From Thermoplasmata archaeon (lineage in GTDB: Archaea; Thermoplasmatota; Thermoplasmata; RBG-16-68-12; JAFNFQ01): a stretch of 64,000 bases of DNA. The position numbers and the translations under genes were made by a program. The notes under the pieces were generated by a model. The model made no database searches and was not told the DNA's origin. It saw only the letters and a program-made list of their open reading frames with translations. This document shows positions 1 to 8,888 of this stretch, in pieces (the stretch's first letter is position 1; every line of letters starts with the position of its first letter). The stretch spans positions 160,001 to 224,000 of the forward strand of contig JBGPQV010000002.1 of assembly GCA_041489255.1 (NCBI GenBank), given 5' to 3'.

Positions 1-2
1 GA

Positions 3-1175
3 GTCCTCCGCGCGAAGATAGACATGGCCCACCCGAACCTGAACATGCGCGACCCGGTCATGTACAGGATACTTCACGCAAAGCATCACAACACAGGGGA
101 CGCATGGTGCATCTACCCCACGTACGACTGGGCGCATGGTCTTGAGGATTCGATAGAGAAGATAACGCACTCGATCTGCTCGTTGGAGTTCGAGGACCAT
201 CGACTCCTGTACGACTGGTTCCTTGACCAGCTTGGAGTCTATCATCCCCAGCAGATCGAGTTCGCCCGCCTCAACATGAGCTACACGGTGATGAGCAAGA
301 GGTTGCTTGTGAAGATGGTCAAAGAAGGAGTCGTGGATGGCTGGGACGACCCGCGACTATTGACCGTGAGAGGGCTGAGACGACGCGGATACCCGCCAAC
401 CGCCATCCGCACGTTCCTCGAAAGGGTCGGGGTGGCCAAAGTCAACAGCGTCGTGGAGATCGAGTTTCTGGAACACTGCCTCAGAGAGGAACTGAACAAG
501 ACCGCGCCCCGCTACATGGGCGTTCTCAGACCACTCCGCGTCGTGATAGAGAACTGCCCGGAGGGCAAGACGGAGGAGTTCGATGCGGTGAACAACCCTG
601 AGGACCCGGCTGCGGGGAAGAGAAAAGTGCCTTTCTCCCGCATCATATACATCGAGCAGGAGGATTTCATGGAGAACCCTCCGTCAAAGTACTTCAGGCT
701 ATCCCCGGGAAGGGAGGTCCGCCTGCGCTACGCCTATTTCATCACCTGCAAAGAGGCGGTGAAGGAGAACGGGAAAGTCACGGAACTAAGGTGCACGGTT
801 GATCCGGAAACGCGCGGCGGAAATGCGCCGGATGGAAGGAAGGTGAAATCCACCCTGCACTGGGTTTCTGCCGCCCACGCAATCGACGCGGAAGTACGCC
901 TGTACGACAAGCTGTTCACCGTCCCGGATCCACTCGCTCAGGAAGGCAAGGAATTCAAGGACCTTATCAACCCGAAATCGAAGGACGTTATTGCAGCCTG
1001 CAAGGCCGAGCCGGCCGTGCGGAGCCTCAAGCCATACGACCGGTTCCAGTTCGAGCGGATGGGATACTTCTGCGTGGACCCGGACACCACGAGCGACAGA
1101 CTGGTGCTGAACAGGACCGCCACCCTGCGGGACTCCTGGACCAAGATTCGAGAAGGCGGGGAAGTTACGAAGTGA
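3..1175 (+). CDS. glnS: Glutamine--tRNA ligase (GlnRS), 5'-truncated by the window edge
   Basis: GlnRS-type motifs [45 protein letters not shown] (KMSKS-like), [30 protein letters not shown]. Confidence 0.9.
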   Translation, partial: VLRAKIDMAHPNLNMRDPVMYRILHAKHHNTGDAWCIYPTYDWAHGLEDSIEKITHSICSLEFEDHRLLYDWFLDQLGVYHPQQIEFARLNMSYTVMSKRLLVKMVKEGVVDGWDDPRLLTVRGLRRRGYPPTAIRTFLERVGVAKVNSVVEIEFLEHCLREELNKTAPRYMGVLRPLRVVIENCPEGKTEEFDAVNNPEDPAAGKRKVPFSRIIYIEQEDFMENPPSKYFRLSPGREVRLRYAYFITCKEAVKENGKVTELRCTVDPETRGGNAPDGRKVKSTLHWVSAAHAIDAEVRLYDKLFTVPDPLAQEGKEFKDLINPKSKDVIAACKAEPAVRSLKPYDRFQFERMGYFCVDPDTTSDRLVLNRTATLRDSWTKIREGGEVTK

Positions 1176-1279
1176 GAGGGGGTTTTCTCCGGCTCATCTG
1201 ATTTCCTCCGATGTCATGCATGACATGTCAGGGCAAGTGTGATAAACTCCCCGTGCATTGGTGGAAATGGAGGTTGAAG

Positions 1280-1888
1280 ATGGCCCCCCCTACAAATACA
1301 ATATTGCTGCTTGCCCTGATTGTTGTTGCCTGCCTCGTGATAATCCTTGTGGCATTGGCAATCTTTTGGCTGGGTCAGAAGGAACCTGCACCGAAGGGCA
1401 AGGTGCGGCAGAGAAGGGCCGTTGTGACAATCCTCGGAGCGGCCGTTTTCCTATCGTCGTTCTTCGCTGCGATCTACTCAGATCCTGGCACGCCGTGTTG
1501 CGGAATCAGCCTCAGAATGCGTGTGGTCGATTCGTCCGGTGGATTCACCATGGATGACTTTCTGGTGACTCTGGATCATTCCCCGGACAGGTACCTCAGC
1601 GTCGAAAGGAACAATGAATATGTGCTGATTGATGGGATTTCCAGCAGCGACATCCTTCCAATCAGGCTCGAATGCAGCCAATCACCAATCTTTTGGGGCA
1701 ACAGCAGTCTAACCCTGAACTCCTACGTGTCACACCATTTCTTCATCTTGACATACGCCAATTCGACAGGGGACTCCGATATGGTCACGTTGTATCTGAA
1801 TCATGATGACAATATTCATGTCTACCACTTCGGATTTGGAAACGAATGGGTGGACATCGAGGTTATGGTCTCAGAAAAGCAATATTGA
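1280..1888 (+). CDS. Hypothetical membrane protein (2 N-terminal TM helices plus extracellular domain)
   Basis: Two hydrophobic stretches; ATG at 1280 follows GGAGG; lower GC than the flanks. Confidence 0.6.
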   Translation: MAPPTNTILLLALIVVACLVIILVALAIFWLGQKEPAPKGKVRQRRAVVTILGAAVFLSSFFAAIYSDPGTPCCGISLRMRVVDSSGGFTMDDFLVTLDHSPDRYLSVERNNEYVLIDGISSSDILPIRLECSQSPIFWGNSSLTLNSYVSHHFFILTYANSTGDSDMVTLYLNHDDNIHVYHFGFGNEWVDIEVMVSEKQY

Positions 1889-2052
1889 CTACCGACTTCG
1901 GCGCACAATTGATGAAGCTAGTCCGTCTTTAAAGCGGTTCATCGGAGGATAGTTCCTTCTCAAGCGGACTGCCATCGAGTGCCATGGGATCGCCTCCCGC
2001 CCGATGGTGCATCAATAAATACCTCATCCGCTTTCGGTGCGCCGGGGATAGA

Positions 2053-2481
2053 ATGGTCCGAGAGGTTGACTATAAACCGAAGCCCATAGACGCCGAATTC
2101 CTGAACAAGCCAGGTGACTACCCTGTCACGGGCAAGCACCTCGAGCACGAGATCATGGCGGAGGGCAAGCAGCGCATGGACGCTGAGAACAAGCCCTACC
2201 CGACCAAGCTCGGCATCCACGGCCATCATGTGGCTGTCGATTTCGAGACGTGCGTCGCCGACGGAGCATGCCAGGACGTGTGCCCGGTCGATGTCTTCGA
2301 GTGGCTGCTGAACCCGGGGAACAAGGGGACCGGCAACGACAAGGTCCTGGAGAAGGGCTCGCCTGACTGGCAGAAGTACAGGACCGACAAGGCCGATCCC
2401 GTCCGAGAAGGCGACTGCATCGACTGCATGGCGTGCGAGACGGCTTGCCCCGTGCTGGCGATAAAAATCACGCCCGGCTGA
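2053..2481 (+). CDS. zfx: Zinc-containing dicluster ferredoxin (Thermoplasma type)
   Basis: YKPKPID...DYPVTGKHLEH...YPTKLGIHG N-terminal extension, CVADGAC...CP and CIDCMACETACP clusters; closely resembles the T. acidophilum ferredoxin as I recall it. Confidence 0.9.
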   Translation: MVREVDYKPKPIDAEFLNKPGDYPVTGKHLEHEIMAEGKQRMDAENKPYPTKLGIHGHHVAVDFETCVADGACQDVCPVDVFEWLLNPGNKGTGNDKVLEKGSPDWQKYRTDKADPVREGDCIDCMACETACPVLAIKITPG

Positions 2482-2738
2482 GCAAGAGTCATGGCGCTCT
2501 GGGCGCAGGACTCCTTCGCTGCGAATCGGCTTTGGCGAGTGCGACCGAGAAAGCTCCCTCGACCACTTTCACCTGACAATGTCCGATTTTTCCCAAATCG
2601 TTATCGCGGATGATATCCGCGCCGAAACCGGCTTGAGGAGTGGGTTGACCTTGGGTCTGCTATGGCGGTCGTTTTCACAGCCGGGGGAATAGCTGCGTCC
2701 TGCCATCTCGCTCCGCGGCATGGCGGTGACCGGCCTTG

Positions 2739-3182
2739 ATGCCCCTCACCAAGCGAGGGGTGAACAAGGTGCTCGGCTGCAGCCTGTTTCGAACGGGGGA
2801 AGAGGAGCCGATGACCGTCGTGTCCGAGATACTCAGACGGAGCGGCGTGAAGGTCGGGAAGGTCGATAAGAAGAGCAACCAAATCACGGGGAGAATCGGG
2901 TCGTTCTTCGACCCGTACGCCTGCAAGGTTACCGCCCACATATTCAATCAGAAGTCGATAAGCCTCATCGAACTCGTCTGCGAGGGAGCGTGGGGTAGAC
3001 CGGGGGAGAAGGTTCTGTCCGACTACCTCAAGATCCTCTGTCGCAACTTCAATGACCTTTCGCTCTCCGATATCGAGAATACGATCGACTGGGGGTGGAG
3101 CGGTTCGAAGGGGGAGGGATCCCACAAGGCTCGCACACAAGCCGTCGCGCTCATCAAGAACATCGAGGCTGAAATGAAGTAG
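2739..3182 (+). CDS. Hypothetical protein, probably co-transcribed with the downstream GTPase
   Basis: About 147-aa ORF with host-like codon usage; 18-nt gap to the next gene. Confidence 0.6.
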   Translation: MPLTKRGVNKVLGCSLFRTGEEEPMTVVSEILRRSGVKVGKVDKKSNQITGRIGSFFDPYACKVTAHIFNQKSISLIELVCEGAWGRPGEKVLSDYLKILCRNFNDLSLSDIENTIDWGWSGSKGEGSHKARTQAVALIKNIEAEMK

Positions 3183-3200
3183 AAACGGGGCTGCATACCC

Positions 3201-4016
3201 TTGATGGAGAAAACGGGCAAGACCAAGTTCAAGATTTGCATCGTCGGGGAAAAGTCGGTGGGCAAGACGTCGCTTCTCGAGAGGTATATCTTCGGCACCT
3301 TTGGCGGTGACTCAGGGGCCTCTTCCGGCACGAAGATGTCTTCGGTGAGTTCAAGGAACATCGAGGCGGGCGGCAAGGTGGTCGACGTTGATGTGGCCTT
3401 CTTCGACCTCATGGGTGCGACGGCGGTGAGGGACTCCTTCAAGGAAGTGTTGTTCTGGGGCGCGCATGGTTTCCTGGCGGTGGCGGACATGACGAGGTCG
3501 GACACGATCCGCGCTCTCCCTGCCTGGGTGAAGGTCGTGAGATCCGTTGCGGGGGAGATCCCGTTCCAAGTGCTCCTCAATAAAGCCGACCTGGCACTTG
3601 GAGGCGAATTAAATCTTGAGGACATTGGCTGGTTAAATTCACGGTTCCCCAAGACGCCGTATCATCTAGTCAGCGCAAGAAGCAGCATCGGAGTCGAAGA
3701 CGGCATCGACGCGCTCGTAAAGGACGTCATCGAAAGCATCCTCGCAAAAGCCGCCGTGAAGAAGGAGACACCCGTTCGAGTCGGCGAGATCAGCAGGAAG
3801 ATTCTGTCCTTCGCAAAGAGGAGGAGCCCCATAGGCGTCCCCAAGAAAGACCTCCTGATGGTCATCAAGAACGTGGACCACGATTCCTTGATGGCGGAGA
3901 TTGAAGAACTCAAGGAGAACGGGCTGGTGACGATAGAGTTGACCGGCCCGGCGTCATTCTTGGTCAAGATCACCAAGGAAGGCGAGAAGCAGCTCGAGCT
4001 GACGGCGGCTCACTGA
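3201..4016 (+). CDS. Ras/Rab-like small GTPase with C-terminal winged-helix-like extension
   Basis: G1 GEKSVGKTS, G3 DLMG, G4 NKAD, G5 SAR; C-terminal ILSF...LMAEIEELKENGLVTI...KITKEG wHTH pattern. Confidence 0.85.
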   Translation: MMEKTGKTKFKICIVGEKSVGKTSLLERYIFGTFGGDSGASSGTKMSSVSSRNIEAGGKVVDVDVAFFDLMGATAVRDSFKEVLFWGAHGFLAVADMTRSDTIRALPAWVKVVRSVAGEIPFQVLLNKADLALGGELNLEDIGWLNSRFPKTPYHLVSARSSIGVEDGIDALVKDVIESILAKAAVKKETPVRVGEISRKILSFAKRRSPIGVPKKDLLMVIKNVDHDSLMAEIEELKENGLVTIELTGPASFLVKITKEGEKQLELTAAH

Positions 4017-4021
4017 CAGAG

Positions 4022-4106
4022 TGCGGCGGCCAGGATTCGAACCTGGGGACTCCTTCGAGACGAGGACCTAAACCTCGCGCCGTTGGCCGAGCTTGGCTAC
4101 CGCCGC
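4022..4106 (-). tRNA. tRNA-Leu (anticodon TAG)
   Basis: Reverse complement folds as GCGGCGG acceptor, CGAGG-TTTAGGT-CCTCG anticodon arm, long variable arm, GGTTCGAATCC T-arm. Confidence 0.95.
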
Positions 4107-4130
4107 GGCCCGCCAATGAGGGCGTCCCGC

Positions 4131-4136
4131 TATAAA
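4131..4136 (-). promoter_or_regulatory. TATA box of tRNA-Leu(TAG)
   Basis: TTTATA about 25 nt upstream of the tRNA 5' end. Confidence 0.6.
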
Positions 4137-4272
4137 GCTCACTTCGCGATTCCATTGTGGACATATGTGGAATACGAAGGTCGCTTCAAATGCTGCCAAC
4201 GAGATGCGGATCTCGGTAGAGTATTAATAGACCGAACTGCACTCAGTCTCAAAATCGAGAGGAAGGCGTCAA

Positions 4273-4635
4273 ATGAGCGCACCACAGCCGCAGATGAGTC
4301 AGCTGCCGATGACTGCCGCATATGATCAAGGCCAGAATCCCGGGCAGACCTGGGGGCCTCCGATGATGAGCCAGCCGTTCATGGCACCGCCTCGGGTTGG
4401 GATGCCACCAAAGACTGGACATGTGCTCGTCCTCATCGGCAATATCCTCGTTGCGACAGGTGTGATAATCTTGGCGTTTTCATTGACAACGGTGACCTTC
4501 GCCATTCAGGACAATCCCAACCCCGACCAGGTTTCGTTAGGCATAGGAGCGATCTTCCTCACGCTCGGTGGACTGCTTGTCGGCATAGGCTTCCTCGTCA
4601 GAAGCTTCGGCGCGTACATGGCCGCAGTCCGGTAG
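4273..4635 (+). CDS. Small membrane protein with Pro/Gln/Met-rich N-terminus
   Basis: Two TM helices after a low-complexity N-terminus. Confidence 0.7.
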   Translation: MSAPQPQMSQLPMTAAYDQGQNPGQTWGPPMMSQPFMAPPRVGMPPKTGHVLVLIGNILVATGVIILAFSLTTVTFAIQDNPNPDQVSLGIGAIFLTLGGLLVGIGFLVRSFGAYMAAVR

Positions 4636-4790
4636 CTCAATGGAAGAACGTCGAGAATCAATCCGACAACTTATGATTGAGACGGGCGAGCAGACCGCTT
4701 GCCTTCGATTTGCTCGTTCACCGATGCCGGCAGCGGGGCATTGCCCTGCAAATCCTTTTGCGGCCGACCGCCTTCCCGCCACGGGAGAGC

Positions 4791-5705
4791 ATGTCTTTCC
4801 ATCCACTCGACTGGGACAAGTCGACACTTATCACTGACTCGGGCATGTTCAACACGGAAGAGTTCGGCGCCATCTACCTTATCGAGGACGACAAGGTAAC
4901 GATGGTGGAATCAGGCACGTCTTTCGATACCGAGCGCATACTGTCGGCGGTCAGGGAATTTGGTCACACGCCCGGCGACATAGACAACCTGATCGTCTCG
5001 CACATACACTTGGACCACGCCGGTGGCGCGGGCTTTTTATTACAGGAGATGAAGAACGCCAGGGTATTCGTCCATGAGAGAGGCTACAAGCACCTTGTCG
5101 ATCCGACTCGGCTGCTCGCGAGTGCGCGGGCGGCACTAGGGGCCTCCGCGAACGAATTCGGCACGATGAGACCGATACCTGCTGAGAGGCTCGTGGCGGT
5201 CAAGGACGGGGACAAGCTGGAGCTCGGCAAGCGGGAGCTTATCTTCTACGATTCGCCCGGGCACGCGCCGCACGAGCTCACGATATTCGACACTTACAAT
5301 AAGGGCATCTACACCGGGGACGCCGCGGGTCTCTATCTATCCAGGGACGAGGTCCTTATGCCGATAGCTCCAGCGCCTACGTTCAGCCTCGAAGACAACA
5401 TCAGGAGCCTGGACAGGATGCTCACTCTCCAGCCGCGCGCGCTTTTCTTCAGTCACTATGGCCCGCACACCAGCCCGAAGGCGGTCGTCACCATCCAGAA
5501 GATACAATATGCCGAATGGGCTGACTTCGTGCGGAGACGGAGAGGCCTGGACTCGGAGGAAATGATGACTGAGCAGCTGTTCAGGGACTATGGCATCCGC
5601 ATCAAAGCCTACGAGCCGGGTTTCGTCAAGAAGAGGATCAGGGACAGCGTCGAGGGGCTGATCGTCTACCACCAGAGGCTGGAGGATGCTGCCCGCAAGA
5701 TTTAG
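4791..5705 (+). CDS. Metallo-beta-lactamase fold hydrolase
   Basis: SHIHLDHAGG, PGHAPH, TGDAAG, HYG motifs. Confidence 0.92.
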   Translation: MSFHPLDWDKSTLITDSGMFNTEEFGAIYLIEDDKVTMVESGTSFDTERILSAVREFGHTPGDIDNLIVSHIHLDHAGGAGFLLQEMKNARVFVHERGYKHLVDPTRLLASARAALGASANEFGTMRPIPAERLVAVKDGDKLELGKRELIFYDSPGHAPHELTIFDTYNKGIYTGDAAGLYLSRDEVLMPIAPAPTFSLEDNIRSLDRMLTLQPRALFFSHYGPHTSPKAVVTIQKIQYAEWADFVRRRRGLDSEEMMTEQLFRDYGIRIKAYEPGFVKKRIRDSVEGLIVYHQRLEDAARKI

Positions 5706-6576
5706 ATCGCGGATGCACAGGATCGCCGCTGACAGGAAGTCCGGCGCGATCGAGCTCGCACTGGCGGTTGTCGAGGCCTTCGAGGGGTTGTCGAACTCAC
5801 GCCCGCTGCCGGAGAAAAAGGAGATGATGGCGGCGGTGAAGTTCCTCTCGAACTCCCAGCGATCAATGGTCCCCATCCGCAATTCGGCGGAGATGTGCGC
5901 GCGGATACTGGCGGGCGGCGGTGAATCGGCATTCCGGCTGGGACTTCTCTGGACACTCATCGAAAGCTCCCGTGAAAGGGTCGCGATGAATTCCCAGGCT
6001 ATCTTCGGCAATAAATCGGTGGTGCTCACACTCAGTCGAAGTTCAACGGTGCTACTTGCCCTCCAAGTCGCTGCGAAGTCGGGGAGGCTCGGAAAGCTAT
6101 TCATCATGGAGTCCAGGCCACGGCTTGAAGGAAGGTCGACGGCAAAGATGGTGGCCGAAATGGGAGTGGAATGCACATTGGTAGCAGACGCCATGGGGCC
6201 TTCGCTCGTCGAGGACGTGGACCTGGCGGTAGTCGGTGCCGACGCGATCCTCAAGGATGGCGGCGTGGTCAACAAGGTGGGGACCTATCCGCTTGCGCTC
6301 GCCTGCACCGATAATGGGAAGCCCCTCTGCGTGCTCGCCGAATCGATAAAGCTTGACCGGCGGTCCAGCTCGGAGACTTGGGCGGGGTCCGAGGAGAGAG
6401 ACGAATTCGAATTGCTCCCCCGACCGCCACGCAGCCTGAGAGCGCTCAACCGCTACTTCGACCTCACTCCCCCCGCCAACGTCAGCTGCGTCGTGCATGA
6501 GGATGGTATATCCAGACAAGGATGGGCGAAGATTATGGGGAAGATACTCGACCGTCTGACGGACGAGAGCGCATAG
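5686..6576 (+). CDS. eIF-2B alpha/beta/delta family protein (aIF-2B / sugar-phosphate isomerase-like)
   Basis: TLSRSSTV, ESRPRLEG, VGADAI..DG.VVNKVGTYPLA, YFDLTP. Confidence 0.88.
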   Translation: MLPARFRSRMHRIAADRKSGAIELALAVVEAFEGLSNSRPLPEKKEMMAAVKFLSNSQRSMVPIRNSAEMCARILAGGGESAFRLGLLWTLIESSRERVAMNSQAIFGNKSVVLTLSRSSTVLLALQVAAKSGRLGKLFIMESRPRLEGRSTAKMVAEMGVECTLVADAMGPSLVEDVDLAVVGADAILKDGGVVNKVGTYPLALACTDNGKPLCVLAESIKLDRRSSSETWAGSEERDEFELLPRPPRSLRALNRYFDLTPPANVSCVVHEDGISRQGWAKIMGKILDRLTDESA

Positions 6577-6643
6577 AGCAGGCTCAGGCTTACTTACAGA
6601 ATATAGTCAACCGTTATCTAGCCAGCTCGGGAAAACCCTCTCG

Positions 6644-7999
6644 ATGTCCGCTCTAGCTGCGAAGCCGAAACCGCGCCTCAACCCGGTGAGAGTCAAGGTC
6701 AAGGAAGTCGAGCCGAGCCAGAGGGTGAAGGGCTTCGGCGAGGTCATCATCCCCTATACGCGCGAGGAGGCGATCGCCGAGGCGCAGCGCTGCATACAGT
6801 GCGGCAAACCCTACTGCAACGAGGCGTGCCCGATCGGCCAGGACGCCCGCGGATACATCAAGCTCATGGCCCAAGGGAACTTCGACGAGGCTGCCGCCAA
6901 GATCGTCTGGGACAATCCCCTGGCCGAGTGCCTCGGCAAGGTGTGCTATCACTTCTGCGAGGAGGCCTGCACCATCGGAAAGAAAGGCGAGCCGATTGCG
7001 ATCAGGCAGCTCAAGAGGGCCGCGCTGGAGTTCGGCAAGACGCCCGCACCCTACGATGCCGTCCCCAAGAACGGGAAGAAAGTGGCCATTATCGGAGCCG
7101 GCCCGTCAGGCATAATGGCGGCATGGAGCCTCGGGAAGATGGGCTATGACATCACAGTGTTCGAGGGCACGAAGAACCTCGGCGGGCTCATGACCATGAG
7201 CATACCCGGTTACCGCCTGACGAAGGGCACCTTCCAGAAGGACCTGGAGCGCATGAAGAACATCGGCATCGACTACAGGGTCGGAGTCCGAATCGGCCGC
7301 GACAAGAACTTCGAGGACCTGTTCAATAGCGGGTACGACGCCGTTTTCGTGGCGGTAGGGACGATGGAGCCTCAGGGTATCAGGATCCCAGGCACACAGC
7401 TTCCCGGAGTGCTCACTGCACTCGACATGCTTATCAGCATCAACACCGGCCAGAAGGTAACAATGGGGAAGAGGGTGGCGGTGATAGGCGGCGGCGACGT
7501 CGCAATGGACTCCGTCCGGAGCGCCCTGCGGTTCGGAGCGGAGAAGGTGACCCTCGTCTACCGGAGGAGCCGCGAGGAGATGCCCGCCAGCGACGATGAG
7601 ATCGCGGAGACGCAAGCAGAGGGCATCGAGTTCATGTTCCTGACAGCACCGCTGGATGTCTTGGGGAATGACAGAGTCGCCGGCCTCAAGTGCCAGAAGA
7701 TGCAGCTGGGCGAACCCGACGAGAGCGGCAGGAGGAGGCCCGTCCCGATTCCGGGTTCGGAATTCGTACTCGACGTTGATACGGTCATCCTCGCGATCGG
7801 CCAGCAGCCCAGCCTCAAAGGGATACCGGACATAGGGATAGTCGTGAACAAGAAGGGAGTGATCGAGGGCGACCCCGAGACCGGCGGCACGAAGCAGCCA
7901 GGGGTGTACGCTGGCGGCGGTGCTTCCGTCGTCCATGCCATGGCGGCGGGGAGGAAGGCGGCACTGTCAATCGATAAGTTCCTGCGCCCCGCAAGCTGA
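6644..7999 (+). CDS. NAD(P)-dependent FeS flavo-oxidoreductase, GltD/SudA/NfnB family
   Basis: RCIQC.KPYCNEACP, CEEAC, GAGPSG, GGGDVAMD, YRRSREEMPA. Confidence 0.9.
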   Translation: MSALAAKPKPRLNPVRVKVKEVEPSQRVKGFGEVIIPYTREEAIAEAQRCIQCGKPYCNEACPIGQDARGYIKLMAQGNFDEAAAKIVWDNPLAECLGKVCYHFCEEACTIGKKGEPIAIRQLKRAALEFGKTPAPYDAVPKNGKKVAIIGAGPSGIMAAWSLGKMGYDITVFEGTKNLGGLMTMSIPGYRLTKGTFQKDLERMKNIGIDYRVGVRIGRDKNFEDLFNSGYDAVFVAVGTMEPQGIRIPGTQLPGVLTALDMLISINTGQKVTMGKRVAVIGGGDVAMDSVRSALRFGAEKVTLVYRRSREEMPASDDEIAETQAEGIEFMFLTAPLDVLGNDRVAGLKCQKMQLGEPDESGRRRPVPIPGSEFVLDVDTVILAIGQQPSLKGIPDIGIVVNKKGVIEGDPETGGTKQPGVYAGGGASVVHAMAAGRKAALSIDKFLRPAS

Positions 8000-8021
8000 G
8001 TGGACAGACCTCTCGAGACAC

Positions 8022-8888
8022 TCACATCGCTTCTTCGATCATCTCTTTGGGATCTGAGATTCCGAGCTTCTGCTTCAGCGGCATCCCCTGCTTGTACGCC
8101 GGCTCCAAGTCCTCGTAAGTGGGCACGCCCTCGGCGACATAGAAAATCCCGATCGGTATCCTCTCGCCCCATTCCAGCGCTTTCGTCCAGGCAACCCCTA
8201 TGTCCTTGGTGTCGTGGTTCTCCTTCTGAAGGTTGTAGACCTTCGGCCGGAAGTAGTCATAGGTGTTGTATTTGTTGTAGGTCACGCAGGGAGAGAACAC
8301 GTCGACAAGGGAGAAGCCCTTGTGCTTGATCCCAGCCTCGATGAGCTCGGCAAGGCCTTTCGGGTCCCCGGAAAATCCGCGCGATATGTAAGTCGCTCCA
8401 GAAGCGAGGGCGAGCGCGATCGGGTTGATGGGGTTCTCGATGACTCCTTCCGGCGTCGATTTCGTCTTCATCTCCTTCAGGGACGTGGGAGAGGCCTGCC
8501 CGGTCGTGAGACCGTAGATCTGGTTGTCCATCACGATGTAGGTGATGTCGAGGTTCCTCCTCATCGCGTGGATGAAGTGACCGGCGCCGATGCCGTACCC
8601 GTCCCCATCTCCACCGGTTCCGATGACCGTCAGCTCGGGGTTCGCCAGCTTCAGTCCGGTCGCTATCGGCATGACCCTCCCATGGATGCCGTGCACGCCG
8701 AATGCTGATAGGAAATGGGGTAGGTTCGACGAACACCCGATGCCCGAGACGATCGCCACCCGCCAAGGCTCCAGCTTCAGGTTCGTCAGCGCTTTGTGCA
8801 CCGCGTTCAGGACGGCGTAGTCCCCGCAACCGGGGCACCATGTCGGCTTCACACCCGACTTGAACTCATAGACCTCCTCGTCAGGCAA
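8022..8888 (-). CDS. korB: 2-oxoacid:ferredoxin oxidoreductase beta subunit
   Basis: WCPGCGD, SGIGCSS, HGR, GGDGD TPP motif, YGLTTGQ.SPT, SPCVTYN. Confidence 0.93.
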   Translation of the reverse strand: MPDEEVYEFKSGVKPTWCPGCGDYAVLNAVHKALTNLKLEPWRVAIVSGIGCSSNLPHFLSAFGVHGIHGRVMPIATGLKLANPELTVIGTGGDGDGYGIGAGHFIHAMRRNLDITYIVMDNQIYGLTTGQASPTSLKEMKTKSTPEGVIENPINPIALALASGATYISRGFSGDPKGLAELIEAGIKHKGFSLVDVFSPCVTYNKYNTYDYFRPKVYNLQKENHDTKDIGVAWTKALEWGERIPIGIFYVAEGVPTYEDLEPAYKQGMPLKQKLGISDPKEMIEEAM

